Below are positions 8,859 to 18,025 of a stretch of 64,000 nt of DNA, piece after piece (position 1 is the stretch's first letter; the number at the start of each line of letters is the position of its first letter). The stretch comes from an uncultured Desulfobacteraceae bacterium (GTDB lineage Bacteria > Desulfobacterota > DSM-4660 > Desulfatiglandales > HGW-15). The position numbers and the translations under genes are program-made. The notes beneath the pieces are model-generated. The model did no database searches and was not told the DNA's origin. It was given only the letters and a program-made list of their open reading frames with translations. The stretch lies in NCBI GenBank assembly GCA_964580575.1, contig CAZOLJ010000006.1, positions 825-64,824 on the forward strand, given 5' to 3'.

Positions 8859-9731
8859 ATGAGCTTTCAAAAGAGACTGTCGTCCGGTGAATTCGTGATT
8901 CTGGCCCAGATGAACACGCCCAAAGGCGTCAATATCTCCGAAATGGTCAACAACGCTCGTCGTATCAAAGAGCGCGTCCATGGGGTTGTCATCCCTGACA
9001 TGGACAACGGGGTCATGCGGATGAGTGCCATGGCCGGGGGAGCCCTCATGCGACAACAGGGGCTGGAACCCATCATGCACGTGTATGGCCGCGACAAGAA
9101 CAGGATGGCCCTCCAGGGAGATATTCTTGCAGCCTACGTGCTGGGCATCCAGACCCTGGTGGTCGTGAAGGGCGAAAACATGTCAGCCGGCGATCATGTC
9201 CAGGCCAAAACCGTAGACGATCTGGATGCGCTCAGCCTTCTGGAGGCTATCCGCTCCCTTAAGAAAGGCACAGACATGGCGGGTTTTGAACTCGACGGCA
9301 ACCCCGACTTCACGGTGGGCTGCACTCTGGGACCTTTTGTGGACGACCAAACGCTCGATCAGGAAATCGAGAAGGCGCAGATGAAGGTTGAAGCCGGCGC
9401 GCAATTCCTCCTGACTCCCGCCGTCTTCAACATCGATCGGTTCTCCTCCTTTCTGAATAAGGTAAAGGGGCTGGGAGTCCCCATTATCCCGACCGTATTC
9501 CTACTGAAGACGGTGGGCATTGCAAGGTACATGGCGACCTACGAGCCCGGCGCTTTCATTTCCGAGCCCCTGATCAAGCGCATGCGCCAGTCCAAAAATC
9601 GCGAAATGGAAGGCTTTATCATCGCAGGGGAAACCATTAAACAGCTCAAGGGTGTTGTGCAGGGGGTACAGATTGTCACCCTCGGATGGGAACACCGCCT
9701 GACGACGATACTGGACTACGCGGAACTCTAA
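8859..9731 (+). CDS. Methylenetetrahydrofolate reductase family protein (MetF paralogue)
   Basis: 290 aa. Sequence similarity to the MetF at 13985 in the 'RMSA/S..A...Q.GL.PI.H...RD.NR.ALQ.DILGA' block (seen in both ORFs). Confidence 0.8.
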   Translation: MSFQKRLSSGEFVILAQMNTPKGVNISEMVNNARRIKERVHGVVIPDMDNGVMRMSAMAGGALMRQQGLEPIMHVYGRDKNRMALQGDILAAYVLGIQTLVVVKGENMSAGDHVQAKTVDDLDALSLLEAIRSLKKGTDMAGFELDGNPDFTVGCTLGPFVDDQTLDQEIEKAQMKVEAGAQFLLTPAVFNIDRFSSFLNKVKGLGVPIIPTVFLLKTVGIARYMATYEPGAFISEPLIKRMRQSKNREMEGFIIAGETIKQLKGVVQGVQIVTLGWEHRLTTILDYAEL

Positions 9732-9803
9732 CCAGTGTCTCTTTCATTTCCTTTATCCCCATTCGTTGTTTGGGAGCGGCCATAGGCTTGCATTTGGATC
9801 GAT

Positions 9804-12800
9804 ATGAAAAACAATGAGATGATCAAGAACAGTAATAGAACCCTTGTGATCGGGGGCGGCGTAGGAGGAATCAAGACGGCGCTGGACCTTGCGGAGGCTG
9901 GCCGGGATGTCGTTCTCATCGACAAAGCCCCGGCGATCGGTGGTCTCATGACCCAATTGGACCGCACCTTCCCGACCAACAACTGTGACCTGTGCACCCT
10001 TTCTCCTCACCTGGCGGAAAGCGGCAGGCAGCTCCACATCGAGCTTCTCCCCTTGACTCAATTGGCCGCCGTGGAAGGGCAAGCCGGAGCGTTCAGGGTC
10101 ACCCTGAAGTCCGCTCCAAGGTTCCTTGACCTTTCGAAATGCACGGCTTGCGGGGAGTGCCTCAAAGAATGCCCCGAGTGTGTCCGCTTCACACCGGGCT
10201 TGGACCACCGGGCGCCCACCTGCATGCGCTATCCCAGAGCCACTCCCTATGCCTACTCCATTGACATCGAAAAGTGCACGGACCTGGACCGATTGGTTCA
10301 TGTCTGCCGAGCGGACGCGATCCTGCCCAAAGATTCGGAGACAATGCGGGAGATTACGGTGGGCTCGATCGTGCTCGCGGCCGGAGCCGGCGTGTTCGAT
10401 CCGGCAGCGCTGGAGGACTATGGGTACGGCACGCGGCCGAATGTGCTGACGGGCCTGGAATACGAGCGAATCCTCTCGGCTTCAGGGCCGACTTTGGGGC
10501 AATTGGTCCGGCCCTCGGACGGAAAACAACCCAAAAGGGTGGCCTGGATCCAGTGCGTGGGATCGCGAAGTGTGAAGGAAGGGTGTCTCCCCTATTGCTC
10601 CAGCGCCTGCTGCATGTATGCTCTGAAAGAGGCGATGGTGACCAAGGAGCGATTCCACGAAGACATAGAGACCGTGATCTTCTACATGGACATGCGCACG
10701 TCGGGGAAAGACTACGAGCTCTATTTGAACCGGGCTAAGGAACAGTTCGGCGTTCGCCTGGAACGAACCCGGCCTCACACCGTGGAGACCGTCCCCGGCT
10801 CCGATGACCTCTCCATCACCTATGTTTCTGCAGGTGCCAGCCTGCCCAAGAAGGAAGTTTTCGACATGGTGGTTCTTTCGACGGGATTTGTGATTCCCCC
10901 GGATGCGGTGGAACTGGCGGCCCGCCTGGGCATCAAGCTCAATGAACATGCTTTCGCTAAAACCGGAAGCTTCAGCCCTGTGGCGACCTCTCAACCGGGC
11001 ATCTACGTGGTCGGGCTCTCCGAAAGCCCCAAGGACATTCCCGAAACCATGGTGCAGGCAAGCGCCGCAGCGTGCATGGCCGCTCAGTACCTCACGAGCG
11101 CGGAGCCGACCGCCGAAGAAGAGGAAGAGGGGGACTTGCCGGCCGAGCGGGATGTGAGCTCTGAGGAGCCGAGGATCGGAGTCTTCATCTGCGACTGCGG
11201 GACCAACATCGGCGGTCTCCTGGACGTGTACCAGTTGGTGAAATATGCGGCTCGGCTGCCCCAGGTGGTTGTCTCTGAGATGACCGGGCGAGGATGTTCC
11301 AGGGAATCCCTGGAGGCGATTCAGCGTTCGATTCAGGAAAACTCTCTGAACCGCGTGGTGATTGGAGGATGCTCCCCAAGGACTCACGAAACCCTTTTTC
11401 AAGATACCGTGCGCACGGCCGGCCTCAACAAATACCTGGTCGAAATGGCTAACATCCGCGATCAGGACACCTGGGTGCACCTGGATCAGCCCGAGGAGGC
11501 CCTGAACAAGGGAAAAGACCTGACCCGTATGGCGGTGTCGGCGGTGGCCCTGGCCCACCCGCTCACGGAACACGTTCTCCCCATGAACAAGAACGCGCTG
11601 GTGGTGGGGGGAGGCGTTGCAGGAATGAACGCGGCCCTGGCCCTGGCCGACCAGGGCATGAGGGTCTACCTTGCGGAGAAAGCCGCAGCCCTTGGAGGCG
11701 TGGCCGTCGACATCCGCAGGACCCTGGAAGGAGAAGATGTTAAAGCCTATTTGACCAACCTCATCGATCGCACCCTGCACCACCCCAACATCCAGGTCCT
11801 GACGCGGTCCGTCATCGTGGATCACAGCGGCATGCCCGGCCTCTTTAAGACCGGCCTTCAGGTAGGTCCCCAGATGTTCTACCGGCAATTCACCCACGGC
11901 GTCACCATTCTGGCAACAGGCGCGGTGCCGAACCGGCCGCAGGAATACCTTCTGGACGACCACGACGCCGTTCTGACCCAGCTGGACCTGGACCGCCTCC
12001 TCGAAGAGCAGCCTGACAAAGCCAGGGGCTGGGAGAAGGTGGTCATGATCCAGTGCGTGGGCTCCCGGTGTCCTGAAAACCCCAACTGCTCGCGCATTTG
12101 TTGTCAGTCGGCCGTCAAGAACGCCTTGAGGCTGCTCGATCTCAACCCAGCCATTCAGATCTCCGTGCTCTACAGGGACATGCGGACCTACGGGTTCCAA
12201 GAAGACGCTTATCGAAAGGCCCGGGAGCGGGGTGTCCTTTTCTTCCGCTTCGAAGAGAAAGACAAACCCGTTGTCGAGGCGGACGGGGAAAGGGTAAAGG
12301 TCTCCTTTACGGATCCGATTCTAGAGAAAAAGATGACCGTATCCGCCGACAGCCTGGCCCTCAGCACCGGGCTCATTGCGGATGACGAAGGAACCGAAGA
12401 CCTGGCCATGGTGTTCCGCCTGGCCCGGACCCCGGACGGCTTTTTCCTGGAAGATCACGTCAAGCTCCGGCCTGTGGACCTGCCGGTTCCCGGGTTTTTT
12501 GTGGCCGGCACGGCCCATTCGCCCAAGACCATCCGGGAGAGCATTGCCCAGGCCCAGGCCGCGGCTGGCCGCGCGCAGACGCTTCTGGCGAGAAACGTGA
12601 TCAACCTGGGTGCGGCAGTCGCAAGGGTGGACGGCAAGAAATGCGCGGCCTGTCTCATTTGCGTCCGGGCCTGTCCGTTTGATGTTCCGTTTATCAACGC
12701 GGACGGCTATTCGGAAATCGATCCGGCCAAGTGCCACGGCTGCGGCGTGTGCGCTGCCGAATGCCCGGCCAAGGCCATCCAGCTCATGCAGTATGAAGAC

Positions 12801-12851
12801 GATCATCTCATGGCCAAACTCGACGGCCTGTTGGAAGGGGTGCTTCAGTGA
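9804..12851 (+). CDS. hdrA: Large HdrA-like flavoprotein (heterodisulfide reductase subunit A family, two FAD/Rossmann modules)
   Basis: 'VIGGGVGG' and 'VVGGGVAGM' dinucleotide folds, 'FPTNNCDLCTLSP', 'WIQCVGSR...YCSSACCMYA' and a C-terminal 2x[4Fe-4S] motif. Cys, not Sec, at the HdrA thiol position. Confidence 0.85.
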   Translation: MKNNEMIKNSNRTLVIGGGVGGIKTALDLAEAGRDVVLIDKAPAIGGLMTQLDRTFPTNNCDLCTLSPHLAESGRQLHIELLPLTQLAAVEGQAGAFRVTLKSAPRFLDLSKCTACGECLKECPECVRFTPGLDHRAPTCMRYPRATPYAYSIDIEKCTDLDRLVHVCRADAILPKDSETMREITVGSIVLAAGAGVFDPAALEDYGYGTRPNVLTGLEYERILSASGPTLGQLVRPSDGKQPKRVAWIQCVGSRSVKEGCLPYCSSACCMYALKEAMVTKERFHEDIETVIFYMDMRTSGKDYELYLNRAKEQFGVRLERTRPHTVETVPGSDDLSITYVSAGASLPKKEVFDMVVLSTGFVIPPDAVELAARLGIKLNEHAFAKTGSFSPVATSQPGIYVVGLSESPKDIPETMVQASAAACMAAQYLTSAEPTAEEEEEGDLPAERDVSSEEPRIGVFICDCGTNIGGLLDVYQLVKYAARLPQVVVSEMTGRGCSRESLEAIQRSIQENSLNRVVIGGCSPRTHETLFQDTVRTAGLNKYLVEMANIRDQDTWVHLDQPEEALNKGKDLTRMAVSAVALAHPLTEHVLPMNKNALVVGGGVAGMNAALALADQGMRVYLAEKAAALGGVAVDIRRTLEGEDVKAYLTNLIDRTLHHPNIQVLTRSVIVDHSGMPGLFKTGLQVGPQMFYRQFTHGVTILATGAVPNRPQEYLLDDHDAVLTQLDLDRLLEEQPDKARGWEKVVMIQCVGSRCPENPNCSRICCQSAVKNALRLLDLNPAIQISVLYRDMRTYGFQEDAYRKARERGVLFFRFEEKDKPVVEADGERVKVSFTDPILEKKMTVSADSLALSTGLIADDEGTEDLAMVFRLARTPDGFFLEDHVKLRPVDLPVPGFFVAGTAHSPKTIRESIAQAQAAAGRAQTLLARNVINLGAAVARVDGKKCAACLICVRACPFDVPFINADGYSEIDPAKCHGCGVCAAECPAKAIQLMQYEDDHLMAKLDGLLEGVLQ

Positions 12852-13291
12852 AATCCTTTGAACCCGTTATCGTGGCGTTCTGCTGCCATTACTGTGCCTA
12901 CACGGCGGCGGACATGGCAGGGAGTATGAGACGCTGCTATCCTCCTAACGTGCATATCCTCCGGGTCCCTTGCTCAGGGAAGGTGGACGCGATTCATATC
13001 ATGAAGGCTTTTCAAAAAGGCGCCGACGGCGTCTATGTGGCCGGTTGCCTGGAAGGGGACTGTCACTTCAAGGACGGGAACCTCAAGGCGGCCCGTCGGG
13101 TGGCCTATGTGAAGAAGCTCCTCGATGAGATCGGCGTGGGCGGGGAGCGACTTGAAATGATGACCCTGTCTGCGGGCATGGGCGAGCGTTTTGCGGTCAC
13201 GGCCTCCGAATTCACCGAGAAAATTCGGAGCCTGGGACCCAACCCGGTGAAAGGGGCGGCACAAGCCGGGCAAACGGCTGCGGCCGGTTGA
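12848..13291 (+). CDS. mvhD: MvhD-like protein (methyl-viologen-reducing hydrogenase delta subunit family), Cys form
   Basis: 'FCCHYCAY..AD.AG', 'RVPCSGKV' and 'GADGVYVAGCLEGDCHF'. GTG start overlaps the hdrA stop. Confidence 0.85.
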   Translation: MKSFEPVIVAFCCHYCAYTAADMAGSMRRCYPPNVHILRVPCSGKVDAIHIMKAFQKGADGVYVAGCLEGDCHFKDGNLKAARRVAYVKKLLDEIGVGGERLEMMTLSAGMGERFAVTASEFTEKIRSLGPNPVKGAAQAGQTAAAG

Positions 13292-13319
13292 TCGATGAGG
13301 TGAAGGAGAAGAGGAAACA

Positions 13320-13988
13320 ATGATCACTGCAGAGCGAAAACCGATTGAAGAAATCATGGAATTGATCCGGCCTTTCAACCGGATTCTTCTGGTGGGCTGC
13401 AACGAGTGTGTAACGGTTTGCGCTGCCGGAGGCCGCAAGGAGGTGGGCCTTTTGTCCTCCGCCCTTCAGATGGCTTGCATGAAGGAAGGCAAAGTCCTGG
13501 ATGTGAAGGAAATGACCCTGGAGCGGCAGTGCGACCCGGAATACGTTGAAGAGCTCGTGAGCGCGATCAACCAAGCGGATGCCGTGCTCTCCATGGCCTG
13601 TGGGTGCGGCGTTCAGGAAGTGGCGAGGCGCTTCAAGGAAAAACCGGTCCTTCCGGCCGTGAACACGAAATTCATGGGGGCTTCGGAGCGTCAGGGCGTG
13701 TGGGCCGAGCGATGCCAGGGATGTGGGGACTGTGTGCTCGGGCTGACCGGCGGGATCTGCCCTATCGCCCGGTGCTCCAAAAGGCTTCTCAATGGTCCCT
13801 GCGGAGGTTCGACGCGCGGGAAATGCGAAATCAACGCCGAGGTGGACTGTGCGTGGCAGTTGATCTGGGACCGGCTGAAAGCCCTTGGACTGGAAAAACG
13901 TTATGAGGACATCATGCCGGCAAAAGACTGGCGCACCAGCCGGGACGGCGGTCCCAGGCGAATCATCAGAGAGGATCTCGCATCATGA
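13320..13988 (+). CDS. metV: MetV-like Cys-rich small subunit of methylene-THF reductase
   Basis: Cys-rich 222 aa ('GCNECV', 'CQGCGDCVL..GICP.ARC.K...NGPCGG'). It lies immediately upstream of metF and overlaps it. Confidence 0.75.
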   Translation: MITAERKPIEEIMELIRPFNRILLVGCNECVTVCAAGGRKEVGLLSSALQMACMKEGKVLDVKEMTLERQCDPEYVEELVSAINQADAVLSMACGCGVQEVARRFKEKPVLPAVNTKFMGASERQGVWAERCQGCGDCVLGLTGGICPIARCSKRLLNGPCGGSTRGKCEINAEVDCAWQLIWDRLKALGLEKRYEDIMPAKDWRTSRDGGPRRIIREDLAS

Positions 13989-14908
13989 AAACGGAAAGCG
14001 TACTGGAAAGAATTCTGGCCGCCGGGCATCTGGCGGTGACTTCCGAGTGCGGCCCCCCCCGGGGCGCGGTGCCTGAAAAAGTCAGGGAAAAGGCCGAAAA
14101 ACTCAGGAGCTATGTGGATGCCATCAACGTGACGGACAACCAGACGGCCATGGTCCGCATGTCCAGTTTTGCCGCCTGTCTCATCATTCGACAGATGGGC
14201 CTGCATCCCATTCTACAAATGGTGACCAGGGATCGGAATCGACTGGCCATGCAAAGCGATATTCTCGGCGCCTACTCGCACGGAATCAACACCATGCTCT
14301 GCCTTTCCGGGGATCATCCCTGCTTCGGAGACCACCCCATGGCGGCGAATGTGTATGACCTGGACTCAATCCAGTTTATCCAGATGGTGAAAAACATGCG
14401 GGACAACGGAAAGTTCCAGGGAGGCGATGAGATCCTCAACCCTCCCAAGATGTTCATCGGCGCAGCCGCCAACCCCTTTGCCGACCCCTTTGAACTGCGC
14501 GTAGCCCGTTTGGCCAAGAAAGTCAAGGCCGGCGCGGACTTCATCCAGACCCAATGCATCTACGATCTGCCAAGGTTCGAGAAATGGATGGAGGGGGTTC
14601 GGGATCGAGGCCTTCATGAAAAGGTCGCCATTCTCGCGGGAGTGACGCCTTTCAAGTCCGTGGGCATGGCCAAATACATGAAAAACAAGGTCCCTGGCAT
14701 GAGCGTCCCGGACGAGATGATCAAGCGCCTATCCGGAGTCCCAAAGGACAAACAGGCCGAAGAGGGTCTCAACATTTGCGTGGAGACCATGCAACGCCTC
14801 AAAGAGGTGAAAGGCGTAGCCGGTTTCCACATCATGGCGATCGAATGGGAAGAAAAAGTGCCGGAGATCGTGAAAAAGGCGGGACTTCATCCGCGGCCGG
14901 GGGTGTGA
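13985..14908 (+). CDS. metF: Methylenetetrahydrofolate reductase
   Basis: 307 aa MTHFR fold motifs ('INVTDN', 'RDRNR.A.QSD.LGA', 'GADFIQTQ'), translationally coupled to metV. Confidence 0.85.
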   Translation: MKTESVLERILAAGHLAVTSECGPPRGAVPEKVREKAEKLRSYVDAINVTDNQTAMVRMSSFAACLIIRQMGLHPILQMVTRDRNRLAMQSDILGAYSHGINTMLCLSGDHPCFGDHPMAANVYDLDSIQFIQMVKNMRDNGKFQGGDEILNPPKMFIGAAANPFADPFELRVARLAKKVKAGADFIQTQCIYDLPRFEKWMEGVRDRGLHEKVAILAGVTPFKSVGMAKYMKNKVPGMSVPDEMIKRLSGVPKDKQAEEGLNICVETMQRLKEVKGVAGFHIMAIEWEEKVPEIVKKAGLHPRPGV

Positions 14909-15003
14909 GCACGAACAGAACGCAGTCGCCGAATTCCTTTTCATCGGAACGGGGAGCGGCGAAGAGAGAGGCAATGGGAGCAATCAAACAAGGAGGCAAA
15001 TCA

Positions 15004-15390
15004 ATGGACGATAAGAAACTTATCCTCGTGGTGGACGACGATCCGGATCTCGTGGAAGCCATCTCCATGAAGCTCGCGAGCGAGAACTATCGCGTGGCCA
15101 AGGCCTACGATGGAATCCAGGCCTGGGACAGGATCAGGGAGGAAAGGCCGCACCTGATCATCCTGGACGTGATGATGCCGAACAAAAACGGATACCAGGT
15201 CTGCAAGGAGCTGAAAAACGATCCCCAGTACAAGAACATCACCGTCGTCCTGCTGACGGCAGTGGGCGAGGCCGTGACCTCCACCAACTACACCCATATG
15301 GACGGAAAGACCGCCCTGGCTGATGAGTTTATTCCGAAACCAATCGACCTGGACAGCCTGATGGAGATCGTGAAAGACTACACCCGTTAA
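15004..15390 (+). CDS. Single-domain response regulator (CheY-like receiver)
   Basis: 'LVVDDDPD...ILDVMMP...K' receiver pattern. ATG at 15004 after RBS AGGAGG. Confidence 0.85.
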   Translation: MDDKKLILVVDDDPDLVEAISMKLASENYRVAKAYDGIQAWDRIREERPHLIILDVMMPNKNGYQVCKELKNDPQYKNITVVLLTAVGEAVTSTNYTHMDGKTALADEFIPKPIDLDSLMEIVKDYTR

Positions 15391-15399
15391 GAGGCAGCT

Positions 15400-15897
15400 G
15401 TGGTAGAGCACAAGGACTGTTCCACAACGGAAAAGTTCGCCATGGATGGGTTGAGGGTGAGCGGCAACCTGGCCCTCATGGAGGTCGCGGATCGATCTTA
15501 TGCAGGAAAGCGCCTCTCTCGTATGCTCGGTGAACTGGCTAAAGCAGGCGTCAACATGAACCTGTTCATCGGCGGGGAGACGCAGGAAGAGATCCGGTTC
15601 GTCTGCTGTGTGGCCGCTTCTGACGGAGCACAGATCAAAGCGCTGATGGACCCCAACCCTGAACTCAGGACAGGGGTGGAGCTCTCCGCGGCGGTGGATC
15701 TCCTGGCCCTTTTTCCGCACTGCTTTGATTTGAAGATGTTGGGTCTGGGAATCACCGCTTTGGCCAGAGCGGGGATTCCTTTGCACGGCTTCTGCTCTTC
15801 CTTGTCCGCGATCACGTTCATCACCGACCATACCGATTTGGATCAGGCCATTGCCGCGCTGAAGGGATGTTTCGAGCTTGGAGTAGAGACATCCTGA
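15400..15897 (+). CDS. Hypothetical protein, possibly ACT-like ligand-binding domains
   Basis: Codon-consistent ORF in an operon position. Weak resemblance to the tandem ACT repeats of aspartate-kinase C-termini; not secure. Confidence 0.35.
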   Translation: MVEHKDCSTTEKFAMDGLRVSGNLALMEVADRSYAGKRLSRMLGELAKAGVNMNLFIGGETQEEIRFVCCVAASDGAQIKALMDPNPELRTGVELSAAVDLLALFPHCFDLKMLGLGITALARAGIPLHGFCSSLSAITFITDHTDLDQAIAALKGCFELGVETS

Positions 15898-15928
15898 TCT
15901 CACTATAAACAGATGTTCCCTCGCCTTT

Positions 15929-16468
15929 TTGGATGATGCTTTGGAGACAAAGGCTGCATACCGGGAATCCCGGATCAAGACCTATGGCTTTCAGAGGATG
16001 GCGGGGCTTTCCCTGCTGAGGATGACGGTCCATAGCGAGAATATGGAGTCCCTGGGAGAAGCCTTTTGCCGTTTGGGAGAGACAGGCGCGGATTTCCTCC
16101 TGGTTTTCTCCCAGCGTCGCGGCCAGGCTTTGGAGGTCTGCCTCGTTGTGACGGCACAGTGGGCCAGATTGATTGAAGACCGTGTGGAGGAGTTCCTGCC
16201 AGGCACGGACAAGGCGGTCTGGCTCGGCGTGCCGGCGGAAATGGTGTTTTTCCAGGGCCCTCATTTCGGAGATCGTTACGGCATCCTGGAGGCTGCGGTG
16301 AGGGGATTGGCTGCAAGGAGGGTCAAGATGACGGCTGCCGCTTGCTCCGGATCCTGCATTTACATTGTGCTACCCGAGGGGAAATCAGAGGAAGCGGTTG
16401 CTGCTCTTTCAGAGGTGTTCGAAATACCCCGGGCTTCCACTCTAAAACAATCAACGACTTGCGGGTGA
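15929..16468 (+). CDS. Hypothetical protein, possibly ACT-like ligand-binding domains
   Basis: As for 15400-15897 ('FFQGPHFGDRYGI' resembles aspartate-kinase ACT regions). Start uncertain. Confidence 0.35.
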   Translation: MDDALETKAAYRESRIKTYGFQRMAGLSLLRMTVHSENMESLGEAFCRLGETGADFLLVFSQRRGQALEVCLVVTAQWARLIEDRVEEFLPGTDKAVWLGVPAEMVFFQGPHFGDRYGILEAAVRGLAARRVKMTAAACSGSCIYIVLPEGKSEEAVAALSEVFEIPRASTLKQSTTCG

Positions 16469-16474
16469 GAGCCG

Positions 16475-18025
16475 ATGATCGAAAAGGCCGTTGAGGCGGA
16501 GGATTGGCGGTTGAGGGTCTTTGACTCTCTTTCCTTTCCAACCCTCATCCTGAGACCGGACAAGGTCATTGTCACGGCCAATGAGAAGCTCTTGGACAAA
16601 TTCGGTGTCCGCATGGAAGACATCGTCGGCAAGACTTGTCACGAGGTCTTCTACAATTCGAAAGAACCCTGCTCCGCGTATCTTTGCCCCCTTCCTGGAG
16701 TCCTGGCCATAGGCGAAGGACATTCCATCCTGCGAGAGGTTACCCTCAGCACCGGCGAAAAGGCATGGGAGGACAGAGTCTTCTCTCCCATCAAGGACGA
16801 TGCCGGTAACATCATCTACATCATGGAGAGCCTCCGGGACGTGACCAGGATCAAGACCCTCGAGAGGACGCTCGAAGAGACCAGGGAATTCCTGGAAAAG
16901 GTCATCCAGAGTTCAGCGAGCGCTATTGTTGCAGCGGATATGGACGGAAATATCCTGATCATGAATCGAGCGGCTGAAACTCTCTTCGGATTTTCCGTCA
17001 GAGAAGCGAAAGGGAAAAAAAGTGTGATCGATCTGTACCCTCCCGGTAAGGCCAAAGAGCTTATGCGGGAGATGCGAAAGGGAAAGAGGGGTGGAAAAGG
17101 CAAACTCCCTCTCACGAAGGTCAACATTCTGAATATCAAAGGGGAAGTGATCCCTGTGGAAGTTACGGCATCCATCATTTACGAACAAAAAAAGGAAGTG
17201 GCCACCATGGGGATTTACAATGACCTCAGGGACAAACTCGCCGTAGAAAAAGCGCTAAAAGACACTCAGGCCCAGCTCTCCCAGTCGGAGAAAATGGCTT
17301 CCCTGGGCCAGTTGGCGGCAGGGGTGGCCCATGAAGTCAACAATCCCCTCACGGGAATCCTTCTCTATGCGAGCATGGCTCTGGAGCAAATGAATAAGGA
17401 TGATCCTATGCGGGAACACCTGGGATACATCGTGGAAGACGTCAATCGATGCAAAGGCATTGTGAAAAACCTGCTCGCCTACAGCAGACGATCGACAACC
17501 ACTAAAGAAATCATCCCGCTCAATGATCTGGTCCATCAGAGCCTGAACCTCATCCGCGACCAGAAGCTCTTTGGGAACATCGTGGTCGTCAAGGAACTGT
17601 CAGAAGAAATGATGATGGTTCACGCGGACAAAAACCAACTCGCCCAGGTGCTCATTAATCTCATCTTGAATGCCTGTGCAGCCATGAGCGGAGAGGGCGT
17701 GTTGACGTTTCGGACTTACCGGGACAAGCCGAACAAGCTGGCCTACCTGGAGGTTAAGGACAACGGTTGCGGCATCGCCGAAGAAAACCTGGCGAAGATA
17801 TTCGACCCTTTTTTTACCACCAAAGAACCGGGGAAGGGCACAGGGTTAGGGTTGAGCACTTCTCTCGGCATCATCCAGGAGAGCGGAGGCCGTCTTTCCG
17901 TCAGGGAAACGGGTCCCCAGGGGACCACGTTTGTTGTGGAACTGCCTCTTTTCGTTCCGGAAGAAGGCTCTGAAGACTTATTGCCACCGGATGGTTTGAA
18001 CGGCGAAAGGACTACCTACACATGA
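16475..18025 (+). CDS. PAS-PAS sensor histidine kinase
   Basis: HisKA H-box 'GVAHEVNNPL', N/G boxes 'DNGCGI' and 'GTGLGL'. The first PAS has 'CHEVF..(x10)C..(x4)CP'. Confidence 0.85.
   Translation: MIEKAVEAEDWRLRVFDSLSFPTLILRPDKVIVTANEKLLDKFGVRMEDIVGKTCHEVFYNSKEPCSAYLCPLPGVLAIGEGHSILREVTLSTGEKAWEDRVFSPIKDDAGNIIYIMESLRDVTRIKTLERTLEETREFLEKVIQSSASAIVAADMDGNILIMNRAAETLFGFSVREAKGKKSVIDLYPPGKAKELMREMRKGKRGGKGKLPLTKVNILNIKGEVIPVEVTASIIYEQKKEVATMGIYNDLRDKLAVEKALKDTQAQLSQSEKMASLGQLAAGVAHEVNNPLTGILLYASMALEQMNKDDPMREHLGYIVEDVNRCKGIVKNLLAYSRRSTTTKEIIPLNDLVHQSLNLIRDQKLFGNIVVVKELSEEMMMVHADKNQLAQVLINLILNACAAMSGEGVLTFRTYRDKPNKLAYLEVKDNGCGIAEENLAKIFDPFFTTKEPGKGTGLGLSTSLGIIQESGGRLSVRETGPQGTTFVVELPLFVPEEGSEDLLPPDGLNGERTTYT

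Noticed and set aside
15400-16468. ORF pair 15400-15897 / 15929-16468, considered as a single gene interrupted by TGA.
   Set aside because: The frames differ and there is a 31-nt gap. They are two similar but separate genes.
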